A stretch of DNA of 45,639 bases from Fidelibacterota bacterium (GCA_030603165.1 JAUVYH010000003.1:1-45639); one strand, 5' to 3'. Positions 11,891-23,264 are shown, counted from the first letter of the stretch. Notes: a model not told the origin generated them from the letters alone. Numbers and translations: made by a program.

Positions 11891-12897
11891 TATTTAGAAG
11901 ACGATTAGTAATAATATTGATTTTGACCGGAACAATTTCCTTTGGAGGAGAATACGCCGACGCCTTCCTGGAAACCGGCGTCAGCGCACGGGCGCAGGCA
12001 ATGGCGAACACCCTTGGAGCCCTGGATCACAGTGTGACGTCTTTCGCCAGCAACCCGGCTGGATTAGCATACGTCCGTCGAAATTCGATCGGTTTAATGT
12101 ATGCGTCACAATTTGGATTGGCAGATCATAATTACATCGGACTGGCGCTGCCATTTTCAGAAAAATCAACCGGATCAATCAGTTGGGTTCGCTTTGGTGT
12201 GGATGATATTCCTATCCGACCCGATATACTTAGACAGGTTACCGATCCGGCAGCCCGGCGGGATTCGGTGGTGGCGCTTCAGAATTATCCGTTCAAGACC
12301 TTCAACGACCTGGAAAATGCGCTGTTCATCAGTTACGCCCGGTTTATTTCCAAATCCGTTAGTCTCGGATGGCGCTATTCGCGTTTTACCGTCGAGATTC
12401 CCTGGGGAGTAAATATCAAATTGATTCATAAAAAACTGTATAACCTCGAAGCTTATGGCATCGGGATCGACATCGGCGGCAGAATCTGTTTTAGTGGTGA
12501 GGAAGTGTTCGAAGTATCCAAAATGGGAAAACTGAGTTTCGGACTGGCATTACGAGACGTAACCGGCACTAACGTCTATTGGAACACCAAACGACAGGAT
12601 GAGATTCGTCTCAACCCGGTTTTATCGGTCGGACTCGAACAACCCATCGAACGATATGACATTCAATTGAATGTTGCGATGGAAAAAGAATATCGCTACG
12701 ATGACAAGATCAGATACGGTCTTGAATGCATCGTTAAAGACCGTTTAAATATTCGTGCGGGTTTAAATATATCTGGATTAACGACCGGATTAGGTTTAAA
12801 TTTTAAGGTAATGAACCACAATGTCCACATAGATTATTCATTTTTAAAACACGATCTCGGAACGACACACCGAATTGGAGGCGGTATCGAGCTTTGA
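11887..12897 (+). CDS. PorV/PorQ-family outer-membrane beta-barrel protein
   Basis: FLETGVSARAQAMA...NPAGLA N-terminal motif; C-terminal IDYSF...DLGTTHRIG. Confidence 0.8.
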   Translation: MIFRRRLVIILILTGTISFGGEYADAFLETGVSARAQAMANTLGALDHSVTSFASNPAGLAYVRRNSIGLMYASQFGLADHNYIGLALPFSEKSTGSISWVRFGVDDIPIRPDILRQVTDPAARRDSVVALQNYPFKTFNDLENALFISYARFISKSVSLGWRYSRFTVEIPWGVNIKLIHKKLYNLEAYGIGIDIGGRICFSGEEVFEVSKMGKLSFGLALRDVTGTNVYWNTKRQDEIRLNPVLSVGLEQPIERYDIQLNVAMEKEYRYDDKIRYGLECIVKDRLNIRAGLNISGLTTGLGLNFKVMNHNVHIDYSFLKHDLGTTHRIGGGIEL

Positions 12898-13652
12898 GAA
12901 ACAGAATCTTTTACTTTTTTATTATGCCCGTTTTCTTGATGATTTTCGTTTCCCGTTGCGGTGAGAGTATCGAAGATCCCGATCCGCCGGCAGCACCGGT
13001 ATGGGTAGAGAAATCCGCCCCGACAGACACTATTGAATCCGGCATTCGTCCCTACAACGACGGTAACGGAATTTTATTAGAATGGCATCCAAATCTGGAA
13101 GAAGACATCTCCGGATATAAATTGTATCGGACAGGTGAAGATATTGAAAACAAATTCGCATTAATCGCCGATATCAATGCGTTTAAGATCAGCGGCGCAG
13201 ATACGTTTTTTATTGATGATGGTGTAAATCTGAACATTGACTATTTTTATTATCTGAAAGCCTATGATCAGGCAGGAAATAAAAGCGAACCGTCAGATAC
13301 AATACGATACTGTTTGATTGAGAAAGCAGAACCATTAAAACCATTAGGTACAATAAATAATTACACACCGGAGTTTGAGTGGTACTATTTTGCACGAGAT
13401 GCATACGAATATGTCATTCGCGTAGAGATATTTTTACCGCGAGAAGTTATTTGGATTTCTCGTATAAGAAGATCAAATTATACCGAACTTTCTCAGAAGA
13501 TTTTCTATAACAGTGATGGATCAGCAGCCCTGAATTCACTTGAATCAGGAGTAACCTATCAATGGTGTATAAAGTCCATTTCACTGGTAGATAACCGTAA
13601 TTTTGATATTGCCGGATCAATTTCAAATTGGGGTTATTTCACAATCGAATAG
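12894..13652 (+). CDS. Probable lipoprotein with fibronectin type III-like domain
   Basis: Signal peptide followed by Cys (VSRC-G); LEW...GYKLYR...YFYYLKAYDQAGNKSEPS FN3 pattern. Confidence 0.7.
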   Translation: MRNRIFYFFIMPVFLMIFVSRCGESIEDPDPPAAPVWVEKSAPTDTIESGIRPYNDGNGILLEWHPNLEEDISGYKLYRTGEDIENKFALIADINAFKISGADTFFIDDGVNLNIDYFYYLKAYDQAGNKSEPSDTIRYCLIEKAEPLKPLGTINNYTPEFEWYYFARDAYEYVIRVEIFLPREVIWISRIRRSNYTELSQKIFYNSDGSAALNSLESGVTYQWCIKSISLVDNRNFDIAGSISNWGYFTIE

Positions 13653-13664
13653 CAAGGAGCAAAC

Positions 13665-14177
13665 TTGAAACGAATATTTTATGTTCTATTTATTTTAATG
13701 TTTATTTCGACTATCTACGGTCAGGAATCCGTACGGCGGCAGAGTACAACTACGGGCAGATATACCGATCGTCCGAGCGCTTCCCGGTACATCCTCTCTA
13801 CAACAAGCGACGCATTGCTAATGACCGTCAAAGTCTGGGGCGAAGTACAAAAACCGGGATTATACGATGTTCCTATCGGAACCGATCTTATTGAACTAAT
13901 CTCATCTACCGGCGGTCCAACCACCAGAGCAAAACTATCAAAAGTAAAAATTATCCATGCATCAGATAAGAACAACGAAAGTTATGTCTCAACGGTTAAT
14001 ATTAAAAAATTCCTTGATACCGGAGACAGTCAGTTCATACCGGAAATAAAACCTAATGACACTATTGTTGTTCCAATAAAACCAACTCAATATATCCTTA
14101 CTTCTCTGTCGTGGACTCAACAATTATTGAGTTTGTTTTCAGCGTATGCACTGATCATCTATTACACTAACAGATGA
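13665..14177 (+). CDS. SLBB-domain (beta-grasp) protein
   Basis: VKVWGEVQKPGLY...LIELISSTGG...PNDTIVVP; signal peptide and C-terminal hydrophobic helix. Confidence 0.75.
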   Translation: MKRIFYVLFILMFISTIYGQESVRRQSTTTGRYTDRPSASRYILSTTSDALLMTVKVWGEVQKPGLYDVPIGTDLIELISSTGGPTTRAKLSKVKIIHASDKNNESYVSTVNIKKFLDTGDSQFIPEIKPNDTIVVPIKPTQYILTSLSWTQQLLSLFSAYALIIYYTNR

Positions 14178-14238
14178 AGATAAAATTTCACTGATCTGGA
14201 TTTAATTATTACTAAAAACAAGATAGGAGTTAAGAAAT

Positions 14239-14706
14239 ATGATTGACACGACTGATGTACAAATCCTTGATATCCTCCAAAAAGATGGAAGAATTCAACG
14301 GAATCGAATTGCTGAAAAAGTAGGTTTAACCATTCCCGCCGTTAGCGAACGGATGCGGAAATTGGAGAAAAAAGGTATTATTGCCGGTTACCACGCCAAA
14401 GTCAATAATATCGCAATTGGTAAAGATGTTACCGCTTTTGTATTTGTAATGACGTCCCCGTCAAAAAATTACGAAGAGTTTATCAGACATGCCCGTGAAA
14501 ATAATGACGTCATCGAATGCCATTCCATCACCGGCGAAGGTTCTCATTTACTGAAAATACAGACTGATAATACCTCCACCCTGGAAAAACTTCTCTCCGA
14601 AATACAGTCCTGGACCGGCGTCTTGCAGACACGAACTTATATTGTTCTTTCCAGTTATAAAGACTTTTCACCGTTAAAGCCATCGGACACAATCATAAAA
14701 CAATAG
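14239..14706 (+). CDS. Lrp/AsnC family transcriptional regulator
   Basis: D..IL..LQKDGR...IAEKVGL...ERMRKLE HTH; ECHSITGE ligand-binding domain. Confidence 0.93.
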   Translation: MIDTTDVQILDILQKDGRIQRNRIAEKVGLTIPAVSERMRKLEKKGIIAGYHAKVNNIAIGKDVTAFVFVMTSPSKNYEEFIRHARENNDVIECHSITGEGSHLLKIQTDNTSTLEKLLSEIQSWTGVLQTRTYIVLSSYKDFSPLKPSDTIIKQ

Positions 14707-14723
14707 GTCAAATTTATTAGTAA

Positions 14724-15837
14724 ATGATGATCAGCGATATTAAGTCAGAACTCGATATCCTGGAACCGAGGATCAACGAACTCCGGAGGTTTCTTTGACG
14801 TTGACGCCAAACAACGTCAGCTGCAGGAAACACAGCTAAAAACATCCGCAAGCAATTTCTGGGACGACCGCGAAACAGCGCAGACATTACTTCAGCAAAT
14901 CCGGCTTATTGAGACGAAACTGGATCAGTATAACGCTATCCGTAAATTATATAATGATGTCAAAGAGCTTCTGGATCTTGTTGCTGATGAGAGTGATGAA
15001 TCCATTCTGAAAGACATTCAGGCGATGATCGGAGATCTCCGTAAAAAACTTGATAAAATAGAACTTCAGTCCATGTTGAGTGGCGACGACGATTCAAAAA
15101 ATGCCATTATGACCATTCACCCTGGCGCCGGCGGCACCGAATCCCAAGACTGGGCGGAAATGTTATTGCGAATGTACATGCGCTGGTTTGAACGCGCCGG
15201 AATGGACTCAAAAATCATAAACTTTCTCAAAGGCGATGAGGCTGGTATTAAAGACGTCTCAATTGAAATTAAAGGATCTTATGCCTACGGATATTTGAAG
15301 TCCGAAGCCGGAATTCACCGTCTCGTGCGTATCTCACCCTTCGATTCAAATCATCGGCGACATACATCATTCGCCTCCGTATTTGTCTATCCGGAAGTTG
15401 ATGAAGATATAGAGGTAGAAATTAATCCCGATGAATTACGAATTGACACATATCGAGCCAGCGGAGCCGGTGGTCAGCATGTCAATAAAACCGATTCCGC
15501 TATCAGAATAACTCACCTTCCAAGCGGTATTGTCGTTCAGTGCCAGAATGAGCGTTCACAGTACAAAAATAAATCCTCTGCGATGAAAATCCTGAAAGCC
15601 CGTCTCTACCAGTTGAAAAAAGAGGAAATGGCAAAGGAAAAGTCCGAGATTGAGAAAAACAAGAAGGATATTTCGTGGGGTAATCAGATACGATCATACG
15701 TGTTCCAGCCCTATACTATGGTAAAGGACCATCGTACTAAATATGAAAACACCAATGTTCAAGCTGTAATGGACGGCAATATTGACGAGTTCTTACGCCA
15801 ATATTTATTATGGAACATTAATAAGGAGAAAAAATAG
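14724..15837 (+). CDS. prfB: Peptide chain release factor 2, with programmed +1 frameshift
   Basis: SPF and GGQ motifs; frame 0 from ATG 14724 runs to CTT-TGA-C (14793-14799); the +1 frame from 14797 is continuous with ORF 15025-15837. Confidence 0.97.
14785..14799 (+). promoter_or_regulatory. prfB +1 ribosomal frameshift cassette
   Basis: Internal Shine-Dalgarno GGAGG, TTT spacer, CTT TGA C. Confidence 0.95.
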
Positions 15838-15839
15838 CC

Positions 15840-17339
15840 TTGAGCACTCAAGATCAACATATCGGAAAATCACTAAGTGAAATTCTCTCTGTCCGCAAAG
15901 AAAAACTTCAGAAAATACGAGACCTGGGATTTGAACCTTATGCATATAAATTCCCAAAAACCCATTCCTGCGGAGAGATTATCAACAACTTCACCGAACT
16001 GGAAGAGACTGTAACCGTGAAAGCAGCGGGACGGATTATGGCAATTCGGAAAATGGGTCGCGCCAGTTTTTGCCATATTCAGGATGAACACAATAAACTT
16101 CAGATATATTTTCGGGAAAATAAAATCGGAAAACAGCTTTACGAATTGTTCGGTCTGCTTGACATCGGCGACATCATCGGCGCTGTCGGAAAAGTATTTA
16201 AAACCCGCACCGGAGAAATCACTATCTTTGCGGAAGAGCTACACCTGTTGACCAAAAATGTACGTCCGATCCCGATAGTTAAGGAAAAGGACGGAACCCT
16301 GTTCGATGCATTTAGCGATAAAGAGCAGCGGTATCGGCAGCGATACCTGGATCTTATCGTCAATCCGGATATTAAAAATATCTTTAAACTCAGAAGCCGG
16401 ATCATCCAGTGGTCCCGGGATTTTCTCAACGAACGGGAATTTTTAGAAGTCGAGACGCCATCTCTGCAACCGATATACGGCGGCGCTTCGGCAAAACCGT
16501 TCAAAACTCATTATAACGCATTAAACCGTGATTTTTACCTGCGCATAGCCGATGAGCTGTATTTGAAACGTTTAATTATCGGCGGATTCGAAAAAGTTTA
16601 CGAAATCGCTAAAAATTTCCGAAACGAAGGAATTGACCGGACCCATAATCCCGAATTCACCGCCCTGGAATTTTACCAGACTTATGTCGATTACTATTAT
16701 CTGATGGATATGGTTGAAGAATATTTCAAGTTCATCGCCAGTAAAATCGGCAAATCATCCTTCGGGTACGGAGATTATACCATCGACTTCAGCCAGCCTT
16801 TTCAGCGTCGCAAAATGTTCGACCTTCTGAAAGAGTATGTCGGCGTCGATATAGCCAGCCTCTCCCAAAAGGAACTCGAAGAATTATGCGTGGCAAAAGG
16901 GCTGGAAGTGAACCCGAAATTTGGATACGGGAAACTCATCGAGCTTCTTTTTGATAATTTTGTTGAAAACAAACTGATTCAGCCAACCTTTGTTATTGAC
17001 TATCCAAAAGCGATTTCACCTTTGGCGAAGATCAGCCGCGACGGTAATCCGGAAATTGTCGAGCGTTTCGAGCTGTATATAGCCGGTCAGGAATTTGTCA
17101 ATGCCTTCAGCGAGTTGAATGATCCTTTTGACCAGCGGGATCGTCTGGAACGTCAGAATAAATTACGCGATCTCGGCGATGAAGAAGCCCAGACCATGGA
17201 TGAAGATTTCGTCACGGCGATGGAATACGGAATGCCTCCCACGGGCGGCGTCGGTATCGGTATTGATCGTGTGATCATGCTCTTCACAAATCAGCGGACT
17301 ATCAAAGACGTGATCCTTTTTCCGCAATTGAGATCTTAA
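15840..17339 (+). CDS. lysS: Lysine--tRNA ligase, class II
   Basis: RYRQRYLDL, FRNEGID..HNPEF and YGMPPTGGVGIGIDR motifs. Confidence 0.98.
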   Translation: MSTQDQHIGKSLSEILSVRKEKLQKIRDLGFEPYAYKFPKTHSCGEIINNFTELEETVTVKAAGRIMAIRKMGRASFCHIQDEHNKLQIYFRENKIGKQLYELFGLLDIGDIIGAVGKVFKTRTGEITIFAEELHLLTKNVRPIPIVKEKDGTLFDAFSDKEQRYRQRYLDLIVNPDIKNIFKLRSRIIQWSRDFLNEREFLEVETPSLQPIYGGASAKPFKTHYNALNRDFYLRIADELYLKRLIIGGFEKVYEIAKNFRNEGIDRTHNPEFTALEFYQTYVDYYYLMDMVEEYFKFIASKIGKSSFGYGDYTIDFSQPFQRRKMFDLLKEYVGVDIASLSQKELEELCVAKGLEVNPKFGYGKLIELLFDNFVENKLIQPTFVIDYPKAISPLAKISRDGNPEIVERFELYIAGQEFVNAFSELNDPFDQRDRLERQNKLRDLGDEEAQTMDEDFVTAMEYGMPPTGGVGIGIDRVIMLFTNQRTIKDVILFPQLRS

Positions 17340-17356
17340 CGATACTGTCCGGCATT

Positions 17357-18577
17357 ATGTCATTACCATTTTTTATTGCAAAACGCCACCTTTTCAACCG
17401 ACATAAAATCGGGTATATCTCCTTTATCAGTATAATTTCTACGGTCGGACTGGCTGTCGGTATTGCAGCGCTTATTATCACAATTTCAATATTGAACGGC
17501 TTTGAAAATGTCCTCAAAGAGAAACTGATCGGCTTTGATGCTCATATACGTCTGCGGCTTTTTAACGGACAGACCTTTGAATCGTCCGATGATATCGAGG
17601 AACGGTTATGGGAAATTCCTCAAATCAAGGAAATTGTTCCATACGTCCACAGCACCGTTATGGTTCGCTATAAAAGCGAAACCGACGGCGTCGTCATGGA
17701 AGGTCTTACGGAAGAAAATATCACGAAAACTCTTGACATCCGGCGTTTTCTTAAAAGCGGTTCGGTTACCTTTTATACGGATGACGGACATGACGGGATC
17801 GTTATTGGACGAAAGCTGGCTAATCTGCTCGGCGCCGGTTTGGGTGATCGGATTTATTTATTCGTTCTGCATTCTCCATCGGAGACTTCAACACGTCCGC
17901 GGGTCGGAACGTTTACAATCACAGGAATATATGAATCGGGTATCGCCGATTACGACGATATATTTGTCTATACCGGTCTCGAAGCAGCTCAAAATATTAT
18001 GAACCTCGGCACACAGTTTTCCGGATTCCAGATAATCCTGGAAAATCCATACGATGCCGGTGATGTAGCAGAACAGATCAATTCCACGCTCGGTTATCCT
18101 TATCACGCCATGAGCTGGCTCGACCTGCACATGAACCTGTTCGAGTGGCTGCGTGTTCAGCGCCTACCGATTCTGATCGTTTTCGGATTAATCGCTTTAG
18201 TAGCAATCTTTAACATTATCAGTTCATTGATGATGATTGTAATAGAAAAGACCAAAGACATCGGCGTTCTAAAAAGTATGGGAGTCAACCGCCGGCAAAC
18301 CGGCAGAATCTTTCTGATCGAGGGAACAATTATCGGCATTGCCGGAACGCTGCTTGGATTTATGATTGCATTCATTTTATCCTGGGTTCAGATGCGATTC
18401 AACATCATTTCCATTCCCGAAGATGTTTATTTCATGAGCCAACTGCCCATTCAATTGGAACCCGGTTATTTTCTCATAATCGGCGCTTGCGCGATCGTTT
18501 GTTCGATGATAGCGACAATTTACCCGGCGTTTAAAGCCATTCGATTAACGCCCACCGAGGCGATACGCTATGAATAG
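17357..18577 (+). CDS. Lipoprotein-releasing ABC transporter permease (LolC/E family)
   Basis: MacB/FtsX topology; SILNGF, EKTKDIGVLKSMG and TIYPA...EAIRYE. Confidence 0.9.
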   Translation: MSLPFFIAKRHLFNRHKIGYISFISIISTVGLAVGIAALIITISILNGFENVLKEKLIGFDAHIRLRLFNGQTFESSDDIEERLWEIPQIKEIVPYVHSTVMVRYKSETDGVVMEGLTEENITKTLDIRRFLKSGSVTFYTDDGHDGIVIGRKLANLLGAGLGDRIYLFVLHSPSETSTRPRVGTFTITGIYESGIADYDDIFVYTGLEAAQNIMNLGTQFSGFQIILENPYDAGDVAEQINSTLGYPYHAMSWLDLHMNLFEWLRVQRLPILIVFGLIALVAIFNIISSLMMIVIEKTKDIGVLKSMGVNRRQTGRIFLIEGTIIGIAGTLLGFMIAFILSWVQMRFNIISIPEDVYFMSQLPIQLEPGYFLIIGACAIVCSMIATIYPAFKAIRLTPTEAIRYE

Positions 18578-19793
18578 ACGCCTGGTAAACTGGATATCCT
18601 TTCGGTATTTTCGGTCGAAAAAGCAGACCGGACTTATTTCTTTCACATCTTATGTCTCCATCTCCGGAATTGCGCTGGGTGCATTTGCATTAGTCGTGAC
18701 GCTAAGTATATTAAACGGATTCGAATCGGAAATTTCATCCCGCGTCATCGACCTGGAATCTCATATCCGCATTACGGGTCAGGATATCGGCGATAAGGCT
18801 GTCCATGAAATTGAAAACCTGCTGCGTGATTTTGATCTCAATACAATCTACCCATTCGTGATAAAAAAATCCGTTCTGTCGGCGATCGGAACCGATGCGG
18901 TGGTACGCCTTAAAGGAATCGATACAACGATTTTTATGAACAAAATCATGCAGGAAACCGCTATAATCCGCGGAAATAATTCCTTCTCCGCTCCTACCTC
19001 CGATCTCCCCGGCATCATTGTCGGCTACCGTCTTGCGGATAAACTTGGTCTTTATCTTGGCGATACGGTCAACGTCATCAATCCTCTTAATATTAAAAGT
19101 TCATTCAGCATTCCTTATGTCGGCAGCTTCGTATTGAGTGGCGTCTTCCGCCTGGACTTGTTTGATTATGACGAAAATCTGGCATTTATAAACATTCACG
19201 AAGCCCGGAAAATTTTCAAAATGGATAACCAATATTCGGGCATAGACATCCGGTTCAATTCTTATAAAAACGTTCCTCAGATAAAAGCCATATTACAGGC
19301 TAATCTCAACAACCGTTTTTCAGTAATGACCTGGGAAGATTTGCACAGAGATTTGTTTGGCGCCATGAGACTGGAAAAATACGGTAGTTTTCTCGCCTTA
19401 AGTTTTATTATTCTGATCGCAATCTTCAACCTGACAAGTTCACTGGTGATGCTGATAATGGAAAAAATCCGTGAGATCGGCATGATGCAGACATTGGGAA
19501 TGAATCATGATCATATCAAAGGCATTTTTCTTCGTTTGGGATTTATCACCGGCAGTATCGGCTTATTCCTGGGTATCCTGTTATCCCTGAGCCTATGCCT
19601 GCTGCAACAATATTTTCATTTTATACCGCTGCCATCGGTTTATTTTATTCCCTATCTGCCGATAGAAGTTCACTTTACTGATGTCGCTGCAATCATCGGC
19701 GCCGGTATGATTCTTATTTTTCTGGGCACCCTTTACCCGAGCCGGCGGGTTGCTAAACTCGCTCCATTGGAGGCAATTCAATATGAAAAATGA
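18570..19793 (+). CDS. Lipoprotein-releasing ABC transporter permease (LolC/E family)
   Basis: Paralogue of the preceding gene; SILNGF, EKIREIG and LYPS...EAIQYE. Confidence 0.9.
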   Translation: MNRRLVNWISFRYFRSKKQTGLISFTSYVSISGIALGAFALVVTLSILNGFESEISSRVIDLESHIRITGQDIGDKAVHEIENLLRDFDLNTIYPFVIKKSVLSAIGTDAVVRLKGIDTTIFMNKIMQETAIIRGNNSFSAPTSDLPGIIVGYRLADKLGLYLGDTVNVINPLNIKSSFSIPYVGSFVLSGVFRLDLFDYDENLAFINIHEARKIFKMDNQYSGIDIRFNSYKNVPQIKAILQANLNNRFSVMTWEDLHRDLFGAMRLEKYGSFLALSFIILIAIFNLTSSLVMLIMEKIREIGMMQTLGMNHDHIKGIFLRLGFITGSIGLFLGILLSLSLCLLQQYFHFIPLPSVYFIPYLPIEVHFTDVAAIIGAGMILIFLGTLYPSRRVAKLAPLEAIQYEK

Positions 19794-20472
19794 TGCTGTA
19801 CCAATATTAAACGTCCATAATCTGTCAAAGTCCTATCATAATGATGGTATTGAAGTGCCGGTTTTAAAGGATATATCCTTTTCCGTTAATCCCGGTGAAG
19901 TTATCACTATTATGGGACCGTCGGGTATCGGAAAATCCACCTTGTTGAATCTTATTGGAACCCTGGATTATCCCGATTCAGGTGAAATTATCTATAATGG
20001 CGTCAATCCTTTCGCTCTGACGGAAAAGGAGATTGCCCGCTTCAGGAACAAAACAATCGGATTTGTATTTCAATTTCATCACTTATTACCGGAATTCACC
20101 GCTCTCGAAAATGTCATGATCCCATCTATTATTTACCGGTACGATCCCGAAAACGCGAAAAAATCTTCTATCGAAATGCTGGAACGCGTCGGACTGGGAC
20201 ACCGCATCAATCATCGCCCTTCCGCCCTTTCCGGCGGAGAACGCCAGCGGGTTGCCGTTGCTCGCGCGCTGATCAATGAACCGCTGGTTGTGCTGGCGGA
20301 TGAACCTTCCGGAAACCTTGATACACATAATAGTGATTTGCTGATAAATTTGATCCTGGAATTGAACCGGCAATTCGGGCGAACCTTTATTATTGCCACT
20401 CATAATTCGGGCATTGCGTCAAAATCCCATAAGGTTTTATATCTCAGCGATGGAACAGCCCGATTTCAATAA
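19783..20472 (+). CDS. lolD: Lipoprotein-releasing ABC transporter ATPase
   Basis: GPSGIGKS, GFVFQFHHLLPEF, LSGGERQR and LADEPSGNLD; ATG at 19783 preferred as start. Confidence 0.92.
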   Translation: MKNDAVPILNVHNLSKSYHNDGIEVPVLKDISFSVNPGEVITIMGPSGIGKSTLLNLIGTLDYPDSGEIIYNGVNPFALTEKEIARFRNKTIGFVFQFHHLLPEFTALENVMIPSIIYRYDPENAKKSSIEMLERVGLGHRINHRPSALSGGERQRVAVARALINEPLVVLADEPSGNLDTHNSDLLINLILELNRQFGRTFIIATHNSGIASKSHKVLYLSDGTARFQ

Positions 20473-20480
20473 AAGTTTAA

Positions 20481-20510
20481 TTGACATTGGGCTATTTCAC
20501 GTTATATATT
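20481..20510 (+). promoter_or_regulatory. Putative sigma70-type promoter for clpC
   Basis: Perfect TTGACA followed 16-18 nt later by TATATA/TATATT, just upstream of the RBS. Confidence 0.45.
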
Positions 20511-20523
20511 TCAATAGAGGAAT

Positions 20524-22986
20524 ATGATGGAAACGAAAGATAATTTTTCAAAACTAATTCAACTGATCATAAAAGAAGCCCGGAACCAGGCTATTCGGCT
20601 TGGGCACAACTATATTGATTCCGAACATCTTCTGCTGGCAATTCTAAATCATCCCCAGAATAAAATTATCAGTATATTTTCCAGCTATGATATTGATATC
20701 GATGAACTTATTAAAAACATCGAAGATTTCATTCAAAGCGGTAACGAAATATTGCAAATAGGCAAGTTGCCTCTAACAAAACGGGCAGAACAAATTTTAC
20801 GAAACACCTATCATGAAGCCCAACATCTTAACGCCCCGCAAATTGATGAAACTCATATCATTCTCGCCATACTTAAACAAGGTGATGGAATTGCGTACAA
20901 AGCGCTGACCGCTTTAGGAATTGAATATCACACTTTTAGAGACGAATTATTAGAGCCGAAATTCGATCGCAGACAAAGTACATCAGGAAAGAAACAGACC
21001 AGCAAAACGCCGGCGCTGGATCATTTTTCAAGAGACATTACCGAAAAAGCCCGGAATAATCAATTGGACCCGGTCATCGGCAGGGAAAAAGAGATCGAAC
21101 GGGTCGCACAAATTCTATCACGCCGCAAGAAGAATAATCCTGTACTCATCGGCGAACCGGGTGTTGGAAAAACCGCAATTGCCGAAGGACTGGCAATCCG
21201 CATTATCCAGAGGAAAGTACCCCGTCTGCTCAACAATAAACGAATCATTGATCTGGATATGGCGGCAATCGTAGCAGGAACAAAGTACCGCGGTCAGTTT
21301 GAGGAACGCATGAAAGCAATCATGCAGGAGATCGAGAAAAGGGATGACATTATCCTTTTTATCGATGAGCTTCACACCATAGTAGGCGCCGGTGGCGCTT
21401 CGGGTTCCCTCGATGCATCTAATATGTTCAAACCCGCTCTGGCGCGCGGGGATATCCATTGTATCGGTGCCACGACACTTGACGAATACCGCAAGGTGAT
21501 TGAAAAAGACGGCGCTCTGGAACGGCGTTTCCAGAAGATCATCGTCGATCCTACACAGAAAGATGAAACGCTGAAAATATTGAAAGGATTGCAAGAACGC
21601 TACGAAGAACACCACCGTGTTAAATATACTACTCAGGCGCTGATCAGCGCCGTAGAATTAAGCGATCGTTATATCACCGATAAATTCCTGCCCGATAAAG
21701 CTATTGATGTCGTTGATGAAGCCGGTTCCCGCGTTCATATACGCAATATCGATGTTCCCAAATCCATTATCGAAATGGAAGACAGGGTTGAAAATATCAG
21801 ACTGGATAAAGAAACCGCCGTCCGGGAACAGGCTTTCGAGAAAGCTGCTGAGTTACGTGATTGTGAACACAAACTACGTCAGAAAATCAAATCCGATACT
21901 AATGAATGGGAAAAGAAAACAGCGACATCGATAATTGAGGTCACGGAAGAAGATATTGCCGATGTTGTTGCCATGATGACCGGTATCCCGGTGAATCGCG
22001 TGGCAGAATCGGAGAATAAAAAGCTGCTTAACATGGAAGCCGAATTAAAGAAGCAAATCGTTGGACAGGATGAGGCTATTCGGCTGATTTCCAGCGCCAT
22101 CCGCAGAGCACGCGCCGGTATAAAAGATCCAAAACGACCAATTGGTAATTTTCTTTTCATGGGACCTTCCGGAGTCGGTAAAACCGAACTGGCGAAAGTT
22201 ATCGCGCAATTCCTCTTTGGAGGAAAAGATGCTCTCATCAAGATCGACATGTCTGAATTCATGGAGAAATTTGCAGTCTCCCGCCTGATTGGGGCGCCTC
22301 CCGGGTATGTTGGCTATGAGGAGGGTGGTGAATTAACCGAGCGAGTCCGTCGGCACCCATATTCCATCGTGTTATTTGATGAGATTGAAAAAGCACATAC
22401 GGACGTCTTTAACATTCTTCTGCAAATCTTCGATGAAGGCGTTTTGACAGATAGTTTTGGTCGCAAAATTGATTTCAAAAATACGATTATCATCATGACC
22501 TCTAATGTCGGCAGTCGAAATTTACGGAAGGGAACCTTCGGTTTTTCTAAATCCGATCAGCAAAACGATTATAACGTCATGAAAAAGAAGATGATCGAAG
22601 AGGCTCATAAACTCTTTAATCCCGAATTTCTCAACCGTATCGACGACCCCATCGTGTTTCGTTCTTTAACCTGTGAAGACATTATAAAAATTATTGATAT
22701 CCAGCTTAAGGACGTCAAATTAAATCTGGCAAATTCCGGGACTATTCTAAATGTCAGCAAACAGGCAAAAGAACTCATTATGGAAGACGGCTATAAACCT
22801 GAATGCGGCGCGCGACCACTCAGGCGTTCGATCCAGACTATGATTGAAGATCCCATCGCCGAAAAATTTCTGGATGGTTCACTGGTCAAAGGTAAACCTA
22901 TTGACGTCCGGGTAAAAAATAAACAATTAACTTTTCTGCACTCGCAACCGCATAAAAAGAGTCGCCCGGTAACGGTTGAGAAATAG
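20524..22986 (+). CDS. clpC: ATP-dependent Clp protease ATP-binding subunit ClpC
   Basis: Clp N repeats, two AAA+ modules ([16 protein letters not shown]), short UVR-type middle domain, FGF ClpP-binding loop. Confidence 0.95.
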   Translation: MMETKDNFSKLIQLIIKEARNQAIRLGHNYIDSEHLLLAILNHPQNKIISIFSSYDIDIDELIKNIEDFIQSGNEILQIGKLPLTKRAEQILRNTYHEAQHLNAPQIDETHIILAILKQGDGIAYKALTALGIEYHTFRDELLEPKFDRRQSTSGKKQTSKTPALDHFSRDITEKARNNQLDPVIGREKEIERVAQILSRRKKNNPVLIGEPGVGKTAIAEGLAIRIIQRKVPRLLNNKRIIDLDMAAIVAGTKYRGQFEERMKAIMQEIEKRDDIILFIDELHTIVGAGGASGSLDASNMFKPALARGDIHCIGATTLDEYRKVIEKDGALERRFQKIIVDPTQKDETLKILKGLQERYEEHHRVKYTTQALISAVELSDRYITDKFLPDKAIDVVDEAGSRVHIRNIDVPKSIIEMEDRVENIRLDKETAVREQAFEKAAELRDCEHKLRQKIKSDTNEWEKKTATSIIEVTEEDIADVVAMMTGIPVNRVAESENKKLLNMEAELKKQIVGQDEAIRLISSAIRRARAGIKDPKRPIGNFLFMGPSGVGKTELAKVIAQFLFGGKDALIKIDMSEFMEKFAVSRLIGAPPGYVGYEEGGELTERVRRHPYSIVLFDEIEKAHTDVFNILLQIFDEGVLTDSFGRKIDFKNTIIIMTSNVGSRNLRKGTFGFSKSDQQNDYNVMKKKMIEEAHKLFNPEFLNRIDDPIVFRSLTCEDIIKIIDIQLKDVKLNLANSGTILNVSKQAKELIMEDGYKPECGARPLRRSIQTMIEDPIAEKFLDGSLVKGKPIDVRVKNKQLTFLHSQPHKKSRPVTVEK

Positions 22987-23151
22987 ACTTTTCCCATTTT
23001 CCGACAATTTTTCCGATTTACCCTAAGGGGGTATGATAGAATATAGTTGTCATTCATGGTGATTTATCATTATGTTATTTATGAAATTACAATATCAATA
23101 ATATTAAGGTTATTTTATCACACCCCCTAAATACAAATTCATATCAATTTT

Positions 23152-23210
23152 CAGTCTGACGTTATGTCTCAGTAAAAAACTGGCATAACATTTGACATTT
23201 ACAGTCTGAC
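23152..23210 (+). promoter_or_regulatory. Putative sigma54-like (-24/-12) promoter and repeated CAGTCTGAC boxes upstream of dnaK
   Basis: TGGCA-taacat-TTGA at 23181-23195 with GG-N10-GA spacing; cagtctgac at 23152 and 23202. Confidence 0.45.
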
Positions 23211-23264
23211 TTTTAAAATTGTGATTATAAAAAATATAAAGAAAATGATTTAAAGGAGCTAAAA

